64,000 bases of DNA from Thermoplasmata archaeon (GCA_034667725.1 JAXDQS010000003.1:602171-666170), one strand, 5' to 3'. Shown: positions 47,660 to 57,568, counted from the first letter of the stretch. Notes: a model not told the origin generated them from the sequence alone. Numbers and translations: made by a program.

Positions 47660-48232
47660 TCAACTGTCGAGGGAAACCGCCGGGTCCGCCAGGCGCGCAA
47701 GGAGGGCGGCCACCTTGGCGCGGAAGGCGTCGAGGGTGGCGTCGTTGACCAGCATCTCGTCGGCCAAGGCGATGGTGCGGGCGATGCCCCAGCCCATCTC
47801 GCGCTCGTCGCGGGCGCGCATCACCTCGGCGTCCGGCGAGTCGTCGGCGCGCTTGCGGTTGCGCATCCGCTCGAACCGGTGCATCTGGTCGGTGTGGATG
47901 GCGATGAGGACGAAGTCGGCGCCCAGCTCCTGGCGGAAGGTGGCGACCTCCTCGTGGCTGCGGATGCCGTCGATCAGGATGACGGGATGCGCGCGGGCCA
48001 CGACGCGGACCCGGTCCACCGTGCGGCGGCTCCAGACGTCGGCGCCGTGGCTCTGGCGCATCGCGTTGGCGACCTGCCCGACGTTGTGCGCGTCGCGCGG
48101 CAGGCCTTGGCGGTCCACTTCCTCCCAGATGAGGTCGCCCATGCGGACGACGGGGAGGCCCATGCGCTTGGCGACCTCCATCGCCTCCGACTTGCCGCTG
48201 CCCGGCATGCCGGTGAAGCCCAGGACGCGCAC
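47660..48232 (-). CDS. P-loop kinase, UPF0200 / dephospho-CoA-kinase-like
   Basis: TGMPGSGKS, MGD, IDGIRS..E, RDERE. Confidence 0.82.
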   Translation of the reverse strand: MRVLGFTGMPGSGKSEAMEVAKRMGLPVVRMGDLIWEEVDRQGLPRDAHNVGQVANAMRQSHGADVWSRRTVDRVRVVARAHPVILIDGIRSHEEVATFRQELGADFVLIAIHTDQMHRFERMRNRKRADDSPDAEVMRARDEREMGWGIARTIALADEMLVNDATLDAFRAKVAALLARLADPAVSLDS

Positions 48233-48261
48233 GGCGGCGCGACGGAGCGGGGCTAGAAAAC

Positions 48262-49155
48262 CTACGGCTTCTTGCCGAAGATGAGCGGCTGCGCCTTCGG
48301 GGCGCTGGGGACGTTCGGGGTGCTGGGCGGCGCTGGCGGCGGGGCCTGCCCGGCCTGCCCCGGCAAGGTCATCCGGTCCAGGTCCGGCGGCACGCCGACG
48401 ATGCTGTAGCCGGCGTCGACGTACAGGGTCTGCCCCGTCACGCCGGAGCCGAGGTCCGACAGCAGGAACAACGCGGCCTTGGCGACGTCCTGCTGCGTCA
48501 CGTTGCGGCCGAGCGGGGCGCTGTGGCGCATCCAGTCGAGGATGTTGGTGAAGCCCGGGATGCCGGAGGCGGCGAGCGTGCGGATCGGGCCGGCGCTGAT
48601 GGCGTTGACGCGGATGCCCTTCTCGCGGCCGCAGGTGAAGCTCAGCTCGCGCGTCAGCTCCTGCAAGGCGGCCTTGGCGGCACTCATGACGCGGTAGCCG
48701 GGCACGAAGCGGTCGGCGCCGAGGTAGGTGAGGCTCACGATGGCGCCGTCGCGGCCCATGTGCGGCGTCGCGTGGCGGGTCAGGCGCACCAGCGAGTAGG
48801 CGGACACGCCCAGCGCGACGTTCCAGTCGGCCTCCGTGGTCTTGACGACCTCGTCCTGCAAGGCGGTGGCGGGCGCGAACGCGATGCAGTGCACCATCAT
48901 GTCGAACGGGCCTTTGGCCTCGGTGAAGAACTTGGCCACGGACTCCTCGACGGCGGCGTCGCACTCGAACGAGCCCTCGATCCACGGCTTGTCCTTGAAT
49001 AGCCCCATGATGCGGCTGAGGAACCGCTTCTGGTAGCCCATCGTGACCTTGGCGCCATGCGCCGCCAGTTCCTGCGCGATCGCCCACGCGATCGAGTCCT
49101 CGGAGGCGACGCCGAAGACGAGCGCGCGCTTGCCGGCTAGGCTGAAGCTGGACAT
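48262..49155 (-). CDS. fabI: Enoyl-ACP reductase FabI
   Basis: GVASEDSIAWAIA, HCIAFA, SAYSL, LTYLG, YRVMSAAKAAL, ISAGPIRTLAASGI, YVDAG. Confidence 0.92.
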   Translation of the reverse strand: MSSFSLAGKRALVFGVASEDSIAWAIAQELAAHGAKVTMGYQKRFLSRIMGLFKDKPWIEGSFECDAAVEESVAKFFTEAKGPFDMMVHCIAFAPATALQDEVVKTTEADWNVALGVSAYSLVRLTRHATPHMGRDGAIVSLTYLGADRFVPGYRVMSAAKAALQELTRELSFTCGREKGIRVNAISAGPIRTLAASGIPGFTNILDWMRHSAPLGRNVTQQDVAKAALFLLSDLGSGVTGQTLYVDAGYSIVGVPPDLDRMTLPGQAGQAPPPAPPSTPNVPSAPKAQPLIFGKKP

Positions 49156-49234
49156 CGCGGTCGGCGACGGACTGGTTGGATGAAGCCTTGCCGGGCCGAA
49201 GCCTTCAACCGAGGGAAGCCGTTGGACCGGTGGC

Positions 49235-50437
49235 GTGGTTGTCCGCTCCAAGCGCACCGTGGGCCTGGACGCCCGGAACCTTGAGGACGCCCTCGACCTC
49301 GCGCTGCTTGGCGTCTGGACCTGGGAGCCGGACACGGACAAGGTGGTGGTCAGCCGCCAGGTGGCCAGCCTGTACGGCCGCTCGGTGGCCGAGCTGGCCG
49401 ACATGGACAACCTGAGCGAGCCGGTCCTGCCAGAGGACCGCAAGGCGCTGGAGGACGCCGCGGCCGCGACGCTGGCGGGCGGCCCGCCCTACTGCGTCGA
49501 CTACCGCGTGCGGCGGCGGGACGGGGAGCTGCGCTGGCTCCAGGCGCGCGGCCGGCTCGTGCCCGGCAAGCCGCGGCTGATGACCGGCACCATCCAGGAC
49601 GTGACCGACCGCAAGCAGGCGGAGCAGGAGCGCGACGCCGCCGCCACCCAGGCGCACGAGGCCGAGCGGCTGCGGGAGCTCAACGACTTCAAGGCCCGCT
49701 TCATCAACATCGCCGCCCACGAGCTCAAGACGCCGTTGACGCCGATGCGCATCCAGCTGGCCCTGCTGCGGGACGTCGGCGGCGCCAAGCTGGACGACGT
49801 GCAGCGCCGCTCGCTCGACGTCATCGCGCGCAACCTCGACCGCCTCAACCGCCTGGTCGAGGACGTGCTGCAGGCCGCCCGCGTCCAGGCGCACAGCCTC
49901 AAGCTGCTGGTGCGCCCGATGGACCTGTCCGAGGTGGTGCGCACCGTGGTCGAGTCGTTCCAGGCCGGCGCCGAGCAGGCCGGGGTCCGGGTCACGACGG
50001 CGGTGCAGCCGGACCTGCGCATCGAGGCCGACAGCACCCGCATGGAGCAGGTCGTGTCCAACCTGTTCACCAACGCCGTCAAGTTCACGCCCGAGGGCGG
50101 CACCGTCCACGTCGAGGCCTACAAGGAAGGCAATGAAGTCGTGCTGGCCGTGCAGGACACCGGCATCGGCATGGACGGAGACCAGGTGGGCCGGCTGTTC
50201 GTCCCGTTCTCCCAGGTCCACAACGACCCTAGCCAGCGGCTACGTGGCACCGGACTAGGGCTGTTTATCTGCAAAGGCATCGTTGAGGACCACGGTGGCA
50301 GCATCAAGGCGACGAGTCCCGGGCCTGGAAAGGGCGCCCGCTTCGAGGTCCGCATGCGCGGCACCCGCAAGGAGGTCGCCCCCACGCCGCCCCCTTCTCG
50401 ACCGACGGCCGCCAAGCGCTTCCGGGAGCTGATCTGA
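49235..50437 (+). CDS. Cytoplasmic PAS sensor histidine kinase
   Basis: PAS/PAC, HELKTPL, NLFTNAVKF, DTGIG, GTGLGL. Confidence 0.92.
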   Translation: MVVRSKRTVGLDARNLEDALDLALLGVWTWEPDTDKVVVSRQVASLYGRSVAELADMDNLSEPVLPEDRKALEDAAAATLAGGPPYCVDYRVRRRDGELRWLQARGRLVPGKPRLMTGTIQDVTDRKQAEQERDAAATQAHEAERLRELNDFKARFINIAAHELKTPLTPMRIQLALLRDVGGAKLDDVQRRSLDVIARNLDRLNRLVEDVLQAARVQAHSLKLLVRPMDLSEVVRTVVESFQAGAEQAGVRVTTAVQPDLRIEADSTRMEQVVSNLFTNAVKFTPEGGTVHVEAYKEGNEVVLAVQDTGIGMDGDQVGRLFVPFSQVHNDPSQRLRGTGLGLFICKGIVEDHGGSIKATSPGPGKGARFEVRMRGTRKEVAPTPPPSRPTAAKRFRELI

Positions 50438-51195
50438 TGGACCCCGCCATCCCCGTGATCCTGGCCATCAGCACCCTGTCCGCGTTCGTGTTCCTCGTCG
50501 TCGGCCGCGCCGTCACCCGCCGCGCCGTCAGCCCCGAGCTCAAGAGCGTCCGCGACGCCTTCGGCCTGTGGTGGTACGGCCTCGGGCTCACGAGCCTGCT
50601 CGGCGTCCTGCAGATCGCCGTGTTCGTGCTGCGCGGCAACGACATCCCCATGCTGAACACCATCGGCATCGTCTCGATCCTGGCCCTGTGCGCCGCGCTG
50701 TGGGGCCTGCTCTCCTACCTCGTGTTCCTGTTCACGAACTCGCAGCGCTACCGCTGGCCGCTCGCCATCGCCTACGGCCTGTTCTTCGTCTTCATCGTCT
50801 ATCTCATCGAAGTGCTGAACGTGCAGGAATACCATCTCAAGGGCTACCAGTTGACCTCCGACGAGGGCGAGTCGCTCCAGGGCAGCGCCCTCGCCTTGGG
50901 GTTCATCGTGGCGCTCCTGCTGCCCCAGATGCTGGCCGCCCTCGCCTACCTCTCGCTCTACCCCAAGGTGCAGGACCCGGTGCAGCGCCGCCGCGTCCTC
51001 CTGGTCGGCCTCAGCATCCTCATCTGGTTCGGGTCGGCCTTCCTCGGCCTCATCGAAGCCCTCGCCGACTCCCCGTGGTGGCAGCTCGCCTCCCGCCTCA
51101 TCGGCCTGGCCGCCGCCGGCGTCATCTACTACGCCTACACCAAGCTCGGCAGCACGGGCCGCGGCGCCCGCCCGGAGGTGGGCCATGCTGGTTGA
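50437..51195 (+). CDS. Stand-alone 7TM membrane protein
   Basis: Seven hydrophobic segments; TGATG overlap with the kinase. Confidence 0.75.
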   Translation: MDPAIPVILAISTLSAFVFLVVGRAVTRRAVSPELKSVRDAFGLWWYGLGLTSLLGVLQIAVFVLRGNDIPMLNTIGIVSILALCAALWGLLSYLVFLFTNSQRYRWPLAIAYGLFFVFIVYLIEVLNVQEYHLKGYQLTSDEGESLQGSALALGFIVALLLPQMLAALAYLSLYPKVQDPVQRRRVLLVGLSILIWFGSAFLGLIEALADSPWWQLASRLIGLAAAGVIYYAYTKLGSTGRGARPEVGHAG

Positions 51196-51580
51196 GTTCC
51201 GCCGCCGCTCCGACGGCGGCCCCCCGACCGTCCTTCTGGTCGACGACGAGCCCGACATCCTCGAGAGCCTGCAAAGCTACCTGCAGGCGACCCTCCCCGG
51301 CGTGCGCATCCTGGTCGCCGCCAACGCCGCCGCCGCCCTGCCCCTCGTGTCGCAGGCCGACGTCATCGTGAGCGACCTGCGCATGCCCGGCATGGACGGC
51401 CTGGAGCTCCTGACCCGCGTCCGCCGCAAGTATCCCCTGGTGCGCCGCATCCTCATCACCGCCTTCCAGGAGCCAAGCCTGGAGGACCGGGCGGCCCAGG
51501 CCGGGGTCGGCGCCGTGCTCCGGAAGCCGTTCGAGCTCAACGAGTTCCGCGAGACGGTGACGGAAGCGCTGGGCTCGTAG
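51185..51580 (+). CDS. Single-domain response regulator (receiver)
   Basis: LVDDEP, VSDLRMP, ITA, LRKPF. Confidence 0.9.
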   Translation: MLVEFRRRSDGGPPTVLLVDDEPDILESLQSYLQATLPGVRILVAANAAAALPLVSQADVIVSDLRMPGMDGLELLTRVRRKYPLVRRILITAFQEPSLEDRAAQAGVGAVLRKPFELNEFRETVTEALGS

Positions 51581-51603
51581 CTCGCCTGGCGCCCGCCAGC
51601 CGC

Positions 51604-52866
51604 TCAGCCTTGCAGCTTGTACCGCAGCAGGGCCACGACGCCTCCGAAGGCGTTCATCAGGATGCCGCCTTCCTCGGAGTTGGGGCTCACGATGTGCACC
51701 TCGGCGCCGGAGGCCTCCGCCAGGTCGCTGAGGTCCTCGACGAGGTCCTTCTTCTGGGTCTCGACGTTGTTGCCGCCCCACAGTTTCGCTTGCTGCGCCA
51801 GCGTGTCCTCTAGTTGGAGGTTGGGGACGGTCTTGTGGACGATTTCGCCGGTCTGGCGGTGCTTGAACGTAAGGCGCCACTTCCGCAGGTTCTCGGACAG
51901 CAGCAGGTGCTCGACGGCGCCGGCCTCCAAGGCCTTGCGGACCTCGACCTCGCCGTAGGTGCCGAGGCCGGCGTCGGGCTTGGCGGTCTCCCGGAGGAAC
52001 CGTTGGACGAGCTTGCGGTCGTCCAGCATGGTGATGCCCTGGATGGCGGCGCCGGCGGCCTCCACCAGCTCCTTCAGGCCTTGGTCGTCGTCGGTGTAGC
52101 CGGTGTCGAAGTAGGTCGGGTGGAGCTTCTTCATGAGCTCGTGGTGCAGGTAGCCTTCCTTGGCGAAGAACTCCTTGGTGGCGCCCGGCCCGCCCAAGAG
52201 GACGGCCTTGACGTCGGCGGCCATGAAGATCTCGTTGGCGCGCTCGCCGCTGTGGGTGAACCACTCGTGGGCGGCGATCTCGATGAGGCGCTCGAAGCGC
52301 TGCGCCGACTGGCCGCCGCGGCCGTGCTTGCTGGGCACCTGGCTTTGGCGGTTGTAGACGGCCTGGATCGACTTGCCCCGGAGGAACCCGATGCTGCACT
52401 CCTTGCGGTCGATCACCATGAGGCCGTAGACGTCCTCGATCGACCCCAGGTTCTTCAGCGGCTCGACGTTGAAGGTGGACTCGCAGCGGTACTGGTACGT
52501 CGCGATGGGCACCGGCGGCTCGATGAGGTGGGCCACGAACTCGGTCTTGTTGGCGCCGACGTTGACGTCGCCGACGAAGATGGCCAGGCCGTTCTTGGGC
52601 GTCTCGCGGTAGTTCTTGAGCCGCGCCAGGATCGAGGTGAGCGCCCCCGTGACGGCGTCCTGGGTGGACTTGGACTTGATGTTGGAGGCCTGCCCGACCT
52701 CGTTGCGGACCATCTGGGCGACGTCGGAGAGCTGCCGGGTGGGTGGCACGTAGAGCGTCACGAGGGTGGTGCCGACGCCGCGGTACTGCTCCAGCTCCTC
52801 GAGCGTCCGCTTGAAGACGTATTTCTGGCGCTCCGTCCACTCGACGGGTTTAGCCGGCGCCGCCAC
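51604..52866 (-). CDS. prf1: Peptide chain release factor aRF1
   Basis: NIKS, YRC, KHGRGGQSAQRF. Confidence 0.96.
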   Translation of the reverse strand: MAAPAKPVEWTERQKYVFKRTLEELEQYRGVGTTLVTLYVPPTRQLSDVAQMVRNEVGQASNIKSKSTQDAVTGALTSILARLKNYRETPKNGLAIFVGDVNVGANKTEFVAHLIEPPVPIATYQYRCESTFNVEPLKNLGSIEDVYGLMVIDRKECSIGFLRGKSIQAVYNRQSQVPSKHGRGGQSAQRFERLIEIAAHEWFTHSGERANEIFMAADVKAVLLGGPGATKEFFAKEGYLHHELMKKLHPTYFDTGYTDDDQGLKELVEAAGAAIQGITMLDDRKLVQRFLRETAKPDAGLGTYGEVEVRKALEAGAVEHLLLSENLRKWRLTFKHRQTGEIVHKTVPNLQLEDTLAQQAKLWGGNNVETQKKDLVEDLSDLAEASGAEVHIVSPNSEEGGILMNAFGGVVALLRYKLQG

Positions 52867-52899
52867 GGGCGCGGCGACGGAAGCGGGCTATTTGAAACG

Positions 52900-53456
52900 C
52901 TACAGGGACGCCGTGCCGCCGCCGCGGGTCGAGCCGGCGTCGCAGTCGGGCATCCGGTCGGCGTCGGCCAGGCAGAACACGCCGCGCAGGCGGTAGCTGC
53001 CCGCCGGCAGGGGTTGGCGCTCCGTGCAGCCCCACTCGTCGCGGACGCATTCGTCGCCGTCCCAGTGGAACAGCGTCACGGTGGCGCCGGGCGCGAGGGC
53101 GGCGTAGGACACCAGGTCGCAGTGGGTGCCGGGCGGGACCAGGACTGGCGTCCCGTGGCGGTGTGGTAGGTGAGGTCGCAGGCGGCGTAGGGGGCGTTGT
53201 AGTGGAAGGTGCGAGTCCCGAGGTTGCGCGCCTGGACGGCGCCGTCGGCCAACGACAGCTCGACTTCGAGCGGGTCGTCCAGCGGAGGCACCGGGCACCC
53301 GTCGGTCCAGGGGCACGCGCCGCAGGAGGCGGGCTCGAACTCGACGCTGGTGCGGCACTCCCGGGTGGCCGTCGTGCTGGAGGTCGAGGCCTTGCCGTGG
53401 CCCGGCGCGGCGCAGCCGGCCAGGAGCAGGACGGCGACGAGGGCGGCGGCGCGCAC
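52900..53456 (-). pseudogene. Cys-rich lipoprotein split by an apparent frameshift
   Basis: LLAGC lipobox in one frame; coding-like continuation LVPPGTHCDL...GSYRLRG in another frame from about 53150. Confidence 0.6.
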
Positions 53457-53562
53457 GGCTTGCACGCGGCCCGAGGGGCCGGGGCGGAGTTGAGCCTTCG
53501 CGCAGGCGTCTGCCTGCCCAGCTCTTTCAAGGCTTGCGTGGGCTCCGCCTCGGGTCAAACCC

Positions 53563-53772
53563 ATGCGCACCACAATCATCCTGCTGCTGGCCGCCGCCAT
53601 GCTCGTCTCGTTCGTCACGCCCGCCTCCGCCGAGGAGGTGGGCGGCCCCTGCAACCACACGGGCTTGCTGTGCGACTACGAGGACTGCCACCCCACCATG
53701 CCGGAATGCGACCCCAGCGTCTGCGAGTTCTACTTCCACGGCCACTGCTACTACGACCTGCCCATCAACTAG
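53563..53772 (+). CDS. Small secreted six-Cys peptide
   Basis: Signal peptide ending PASA; six Cys; long pyrimidine tract after stop. Confidence 0.7.
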   Translation: MRTTIILLLAAAMLVSFVTPASAEEVGGPCNHTGLLCDYEDCHPTMPECDPSVCEFYFHGHCYYDLPIN

Positions 53773-53865
53773 GTGGCCTCCGTCCCTCTCCCCTCTGACC
53801 CTTCTTCCTTCCCTCCCTTTTCTGGTTCCGCGCCATCTAAATTGCCACCGCCTTTGGCGGGCCCG

Positions 53866-54576
53866 ATGGAACGGGTCGCGATGGTCTTCGGCGGCAGCAT
53901 CCTGTCGCCGGCCGAGCTGGACGCGGGCTTCCTGGCCAAGGTCGCCGAAGGCCTGATGGCGTGGAGCAAGGAGCGCCAGCTGTTCGTCGTCGTGGGCGGC
54001 GGCCACCCGGCGCGCCGGCACATCGAGGCGGCCCGCGCCTGCAAGGTGAGCGAGGACCTCTTGGACCGCATCGGCATCCAGGCCACCCGCCTCAACGCCC
54101 AGACCCTCGCCTGCATCCTGCGGAAGTTCGGCGCCAACGTCAACCTGGAGATCCCGCACACCACGGCGCAGGCGCTCCGGCTCGCCACCCAGCACGACCT
54201 CGTCGTCATGGGCGGCACCGTCCCCGGCCACAGCACCGACTACGTCGCCGTGGAGCTTGCCGTCGAGGGCAAGTGCGACCGCTTCGTCAACGCCACCAAC
54301 GTGGACGGCGTCTACACCCGCGACCCGAACAAGCACCGCGACGCCAAGTTCCAGCCCAGCCTCAGCTTCGAGGACCTGCTGGGCATCATCGAGGAGCGCG
54401 AGTGGAGCACCGCCGGCGCCCCCGGTGTCATGGACGGCCCCGCCACCGTGATGCTGGCCCGCAACGCGGTCCCGACCTGTGTCGCCCGCGGCACCGACCT
54501 CGACAACCTCGCGAAGGCGGTGGCCGGAAAGCCCTTCCACGGCTCGAAGATCGAGGGCGCCAAGGTGATGGTTTGA
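53866..54576 (+). CDS. pyrH: UMP kinase (archaeal type)
   Basis: GGS, VVVGGG..AR, D.IGI.ATRLNA, PGHSTD, TNVDGVY..DP. Confidence 0.92.
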   Translation: MERVAMVFGGSILSPAELDAGFLAKVAEGLMAWSKERQLFVVVGGGHPARRHIEAARACKVSEDLLDRIGIQATRLNAQTLACILRKFGANVNLEIPHTTAQALRLATQHDLVVMGGTVPGHSTDYVAVELAVEGKCDRFVNATNVDGVYTRDPNKHRDAKFQPSLSFEDLLGIIEEREWSTAGAPGVMDGPATVMLARNAVPTCVARGTDLDNLAKAVAGKPFHGSKIEGAKVMV

Positions 54577-54800
54577 CCTTCCCGATCGCCCCGACGGCCC
54601 AAGGGGTCGCGGAGCACAAGCACTGCGAGGCCTGCGGCAAGTCGATCGGCCTCGAGGGCCGCGTCTGCAGCACCGAGTGCGTCGCCCGCATGGAGGAGGC
54701 GCTCAAGGCGAAGAAGCGCAGCGTCTACATCATGATGGGCATCATCCTGCTCACCTTGCTGTTCACCCTCTACGGCAAGGGCCTCTTCGGGGGCGCCTAG
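54573..54800 (+). CDS. DUF2116-like zinc-ribbon membrane protein
   Basis: HKHCEACGKSI...CSTEC plus C-terminal TM. Confidence 0.8.
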   Translation: MTFPIAPTAQGVAEHKHCEACGKSIGLEGRVCSTECVARMEEALKAKKRSVYIMMGIILLTLLFTLYGKGLFGGA

Positions 54801-54804
54801 CCGC

Positions 54805-56322
54805 GTGGTCGCCCTCAGCCTCGCCGAGCGCCGCCTCATGCTGGCCCTCCCGGAGGACGGCGCCGCGGTGGCCGCCGCCAGCCTGGTGCCGCGGCCGTTC
54901 GCGAGCGAGACCGAGGCGTTGCAGGCCACCGGCGCCCCCGAGCGCCACGGCCTGGTGCGCCTGGAGGAGGCCACCGACACGCTGCACTCCCTGACCGCCG
55001 AGGGGCTCGACCACCAGCAGGCCGGCCTGCCCGAGCGGCGCGCCGCCGAGGCGCTGCACGCCGCGGGCGGCCGCCTGCCGATGGCGGAGCTGCCCGCCAA
55101 GGCCGGCCTCAAGCCGGCCGAGGTGCCGGTGGCGCTCGGCTGGCTCAAGCGCAAGGGGTGGGCGACGTTGGAGAAGGGGACGGTCGCGCTCACGGCGGGC
55201 CGCCCGGCCGCCGGCGTCGACGAGGAGGTCCTGCTGGGCCTGTCGGCCATCCCCCAAAGCGGCCGCGAGCCGAACGCGGTGGCGCAGCTTGCCGCGCGCG
55301 GCATCGTCACGGAGACCGTGCGGACCCGCCGCAGCATCGCGCTCACGCCCGAAGGGCGGCGCGTGCGCGCGGGCATCCCGGCGGACGAGGCGGACGCCAC
55401 CGAGGTCAGCCAGGTGACGCCGGAGCTGGTGGCACGCTGGGCCGCGATGGGCCGCGACGAGCGCGCCCGCACCCGGCTGCGGCCGTTCGAGTTCGACCTG
55501 GCGGTGGCGCCCCAGCATCCCGGCAAGGCGCATCCGCTGACGCACATCCTGACCGAGATTCGCGGCATCTTCTGGAGCATGGGCTTCGCGGAGATCGCCG
55601 GCGACTACGTCGAGTCCGCCCATTGGAACATGGACGCGCTGTTCATCCCGCAGGACCACCCGGCGCGCGAGATGCAGGACACCTTCTACCTGGAGACGCC
55701 GGCGGCGATGCCGGTGTCGAAGTGGGAGCTGGACCGCGCCGAGTCCGTCCACGTCCAAGGCGGCGGCACCGGCAGCACGGGCTGGGGCGGCAAGTTCGAC
55801 CGCGCCGTCAGCCAGCGCGCGCTCTTGCGGACGCACACCACCAACACGACGATCCGCTACCTCGCGCAGGCGTTCAACCGTCCCGAGCCCAAGCCGGTCC
55901 ACAAGGTGTTCGGCCTCGGCCGCGTGTTCCGCAAGGAGACCATGGACGCCACCCACCTGCCCGAGTTCACCCAGATCGAGGGCATCGTGGTCGAGCCGGG
56001 CGCGACCTTCAACACCCTCATCGGATTGTGCAAGCACTTCTTCGCCCAGATGGGCTTCCCCGAGGTCCGGTTCCGTCCCGCCTACTTCCCGTACACCGAG
56101 CCGAGCATGGAGATTGAGGTGTTCTACAACGGCCGCTGGATGGAGCTGGGCGGCTGCGGCGTGTTCCGCCCCGAGGTCACCCACCCCATCGGCGTCCGGG
56201 ACAACGTGCTGGCCTGGGGCTTCGGGCTGGAGCGGCTGGCGATGATGCGGCTGGGCCTGAAGGACATCCGGGACCTCTACGTCTCGGACCTCCAGTGGCT
56301 GCGCGAGACGCCAGTGCGCTGA
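54805..56322 (+). CDS. pheS: Phenylalanine--tRNA ligase alpha subunit
   Basis: WNMDALFIPQDHPAREMQDTFY, LRTHTT, FRPAYFPYTEPS, AWGFGLERL. Confidence 0.96.
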   Translation: MVALSLAERRLMLALPEDGAAVAAASLVPRPFASETEALQATGAPERHGLVRLEEATDTLHSLTAEGLDHQQAGLPERRAAEALHAAGGRLPMAELPAKAGLKPAEVPVALGWLKRKGWATLEKGTVALTAGRPAAGVDEEVLLGLSAIPQSGREPNAVAQLAARGIVTETVRTRRSIALTPEGRRVRAGIPADEADATEVSQVTPELVARWAAMGRDERARTRLRPFEFDLAVAPQHPGKAHPLTHILTEIRGIFWSMGFAEIAGDYVESAHWNMDALFIPQDHPAREMQDTFYLETPAAMPVSKWELDRAESVHVQGGGTGSTGWGGKFDRAVSQRALLRTHTTNTTIRYLAQAFNRPEPKPVHKVFGLGRVFRKETMDATHLPEFTQIEGIVVEPGATFNTLIGLCKHFFAQMGFPEVRFRPAYFPYTEPSMEIEVFYNGRWMELGGCGVFRPEVTHPIGVRDNVLAWGFGLERLAMMRLGLKDIRDLYVSDLQWLRETPVR

Positions 56323-56366
56323 CGGGCCGACCGACCTTTCAAATCCGGCGCACGGCTCGGCGCGAT

Positions 56367-57104
56367 GTGCCAAGGGAGTCCAAGGCGGCCCGCCGCGACC
56401 GCCTCCTGGCCATCGACGACGCGCTCCGGGCCGCCTACCCGCGCTCGACCTGCGCCCTCGACCACCGCACCCCGTTCCAGCTCCTCGTGGCCACCGTCCT
56501 CTCCGCCCAGACGACCGACCTCGCCGTCAACAAGGCGACCCGGACGCTGTTCGCCAAGTGGCCAACACCCCAGAAGCTCGCGCAGGCCGACGTCGACGCG
56601 GTGGGACGGACCATCGACTCCATCGGCCTATGGCGGGCGAAGTCGCGGAACCTCGTGGCGCTCTCCCAGCAACTGGTGGACCGCTTCGCCGGCGAGCTGC
56701 CGCGCACCGTGGCGGAGCTGACGGAGCTGCCAGGCGTCGGCCGCAAGACCGCGACCGCCGTGCTGGGCACCGCGTTCGGGATCCCTGCCGGCGTCACGGT
56801 GGACACCCACATGCTGCGCATCCACGCCCTGCTGGGCACGAGCCGCCAGGCGGATCCTGCCAAGATGGCGGCGGAGCTCGAGGGGCTGCTGCCACCGGAG
56901 CGGTGGGCGGGGCACACGCACCGCGTCATCGACCACGGCCGCCTGGTGTGCGTCGCGCGCCGGCCGCGCTGCGGCGTCTGCCCCGTGGCGGGCCTGTGCC
57001 CGTCGGCGTTCTCCCCGAAGGCGGGCTACAAGCCGGCCCACGACGCCAAGGAGCCGGCGAGCGCCGCGGGACTGAGTTGGCTGCGGCTGGAGGCGGCGCG
57101 ATGA
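56367..57104 (+). CDS. nth: Endonuclease III
   Basis: LLVATVLSAQTTD, LPGVGRKTA, VDTH, C-x6-C-x2-C-x5-C. Confidence 0.93.
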   Translation: MPRESKAARRDRLLAIDDALRAAYPRSTCALDHRTPFQLLVATVLSAQTTDLAVNKATRTLFAKWPTPQKLAQADVDAVGRTIDSIGLWRAKSRNLVALSQQLVDRFAGELPRTVAELTELPGVGRKTATAVLGTAFGIPAGVTVDTHMLRIHALLGTSRQADPAKMAAELEGLLPPERWAGHTHRVIDHGRLVCVARRPRCGVCPVAGLCPSAFSPKAGYKPAHDAKEPASAAGLSWLRLEAAR

Positions 57105-57568
57105 CGAACCCGGTCGTCCGCCCGTGCCATCCGGCGGAGCGGGGCGACGTCGTCCGGCTCTTGGAGGAAGCGGGGCTGCCGCTCGACGGCCTCGACGCGG
57201 CGCAGGACCTGTGGGTCGCGACCGTGCTGGGGCGGGTGGTCGGCGCCGTCGGCTTCGAGCGGCACGGCCGCGTCGGCCTGCTGCGGAGCCTGGTCGTGGC
57301 CGACGACTGCCGCGGCATGGGCATCGGCGGCCGGCTCTTGGAGCGCGGGGTGCGCTCGATGCGGGGCGCCGGCCTGACGGACGCCTACGGCCTCACCACC
57401 ACGATCCCCGCCCTGCTGGCCAAGAAAGGGTGGACCGAGCTGCGGCGCGACCAGGCCCCGGCGGCGCTGGCAGCGTCCGCGGAATCGCAGGGCGCGTGCC
57501 CGGCCTCGGCCCGGCTGTTCCACCTGCATCTTGCCGCAATCCGTGCATCCGACGAGGGGACACGCTGA
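57101..57568 (+). CDS. GNAT acetyltransferase (ArsN2-like)
   Basis: LLEEAGLP, GLLRSLVV, RGMGIG, LTTT, CPASA. Confidence 0.8.
   Translation: MTNPVVRPCHPAERGDVVRLLEEAGLPLDGLDAAQDLWVATVLGRVVGAVGFERHGRVGLLRSLVVADDCRGMGIGGRLLERGVRSMRGAGLTDAYGLTTTIPALLAKKGWTELRRDQAPAALAASAESQGACPASARLFHLHLAAIRASDEGTR

Noticed and set aside
43176-51195. 7TM proteins as microbial rhodopsins
   Set aside because: No conserved retinal-binding Lys motif (DxxxK/SxxxK) in helix 7 shared by the paralogs
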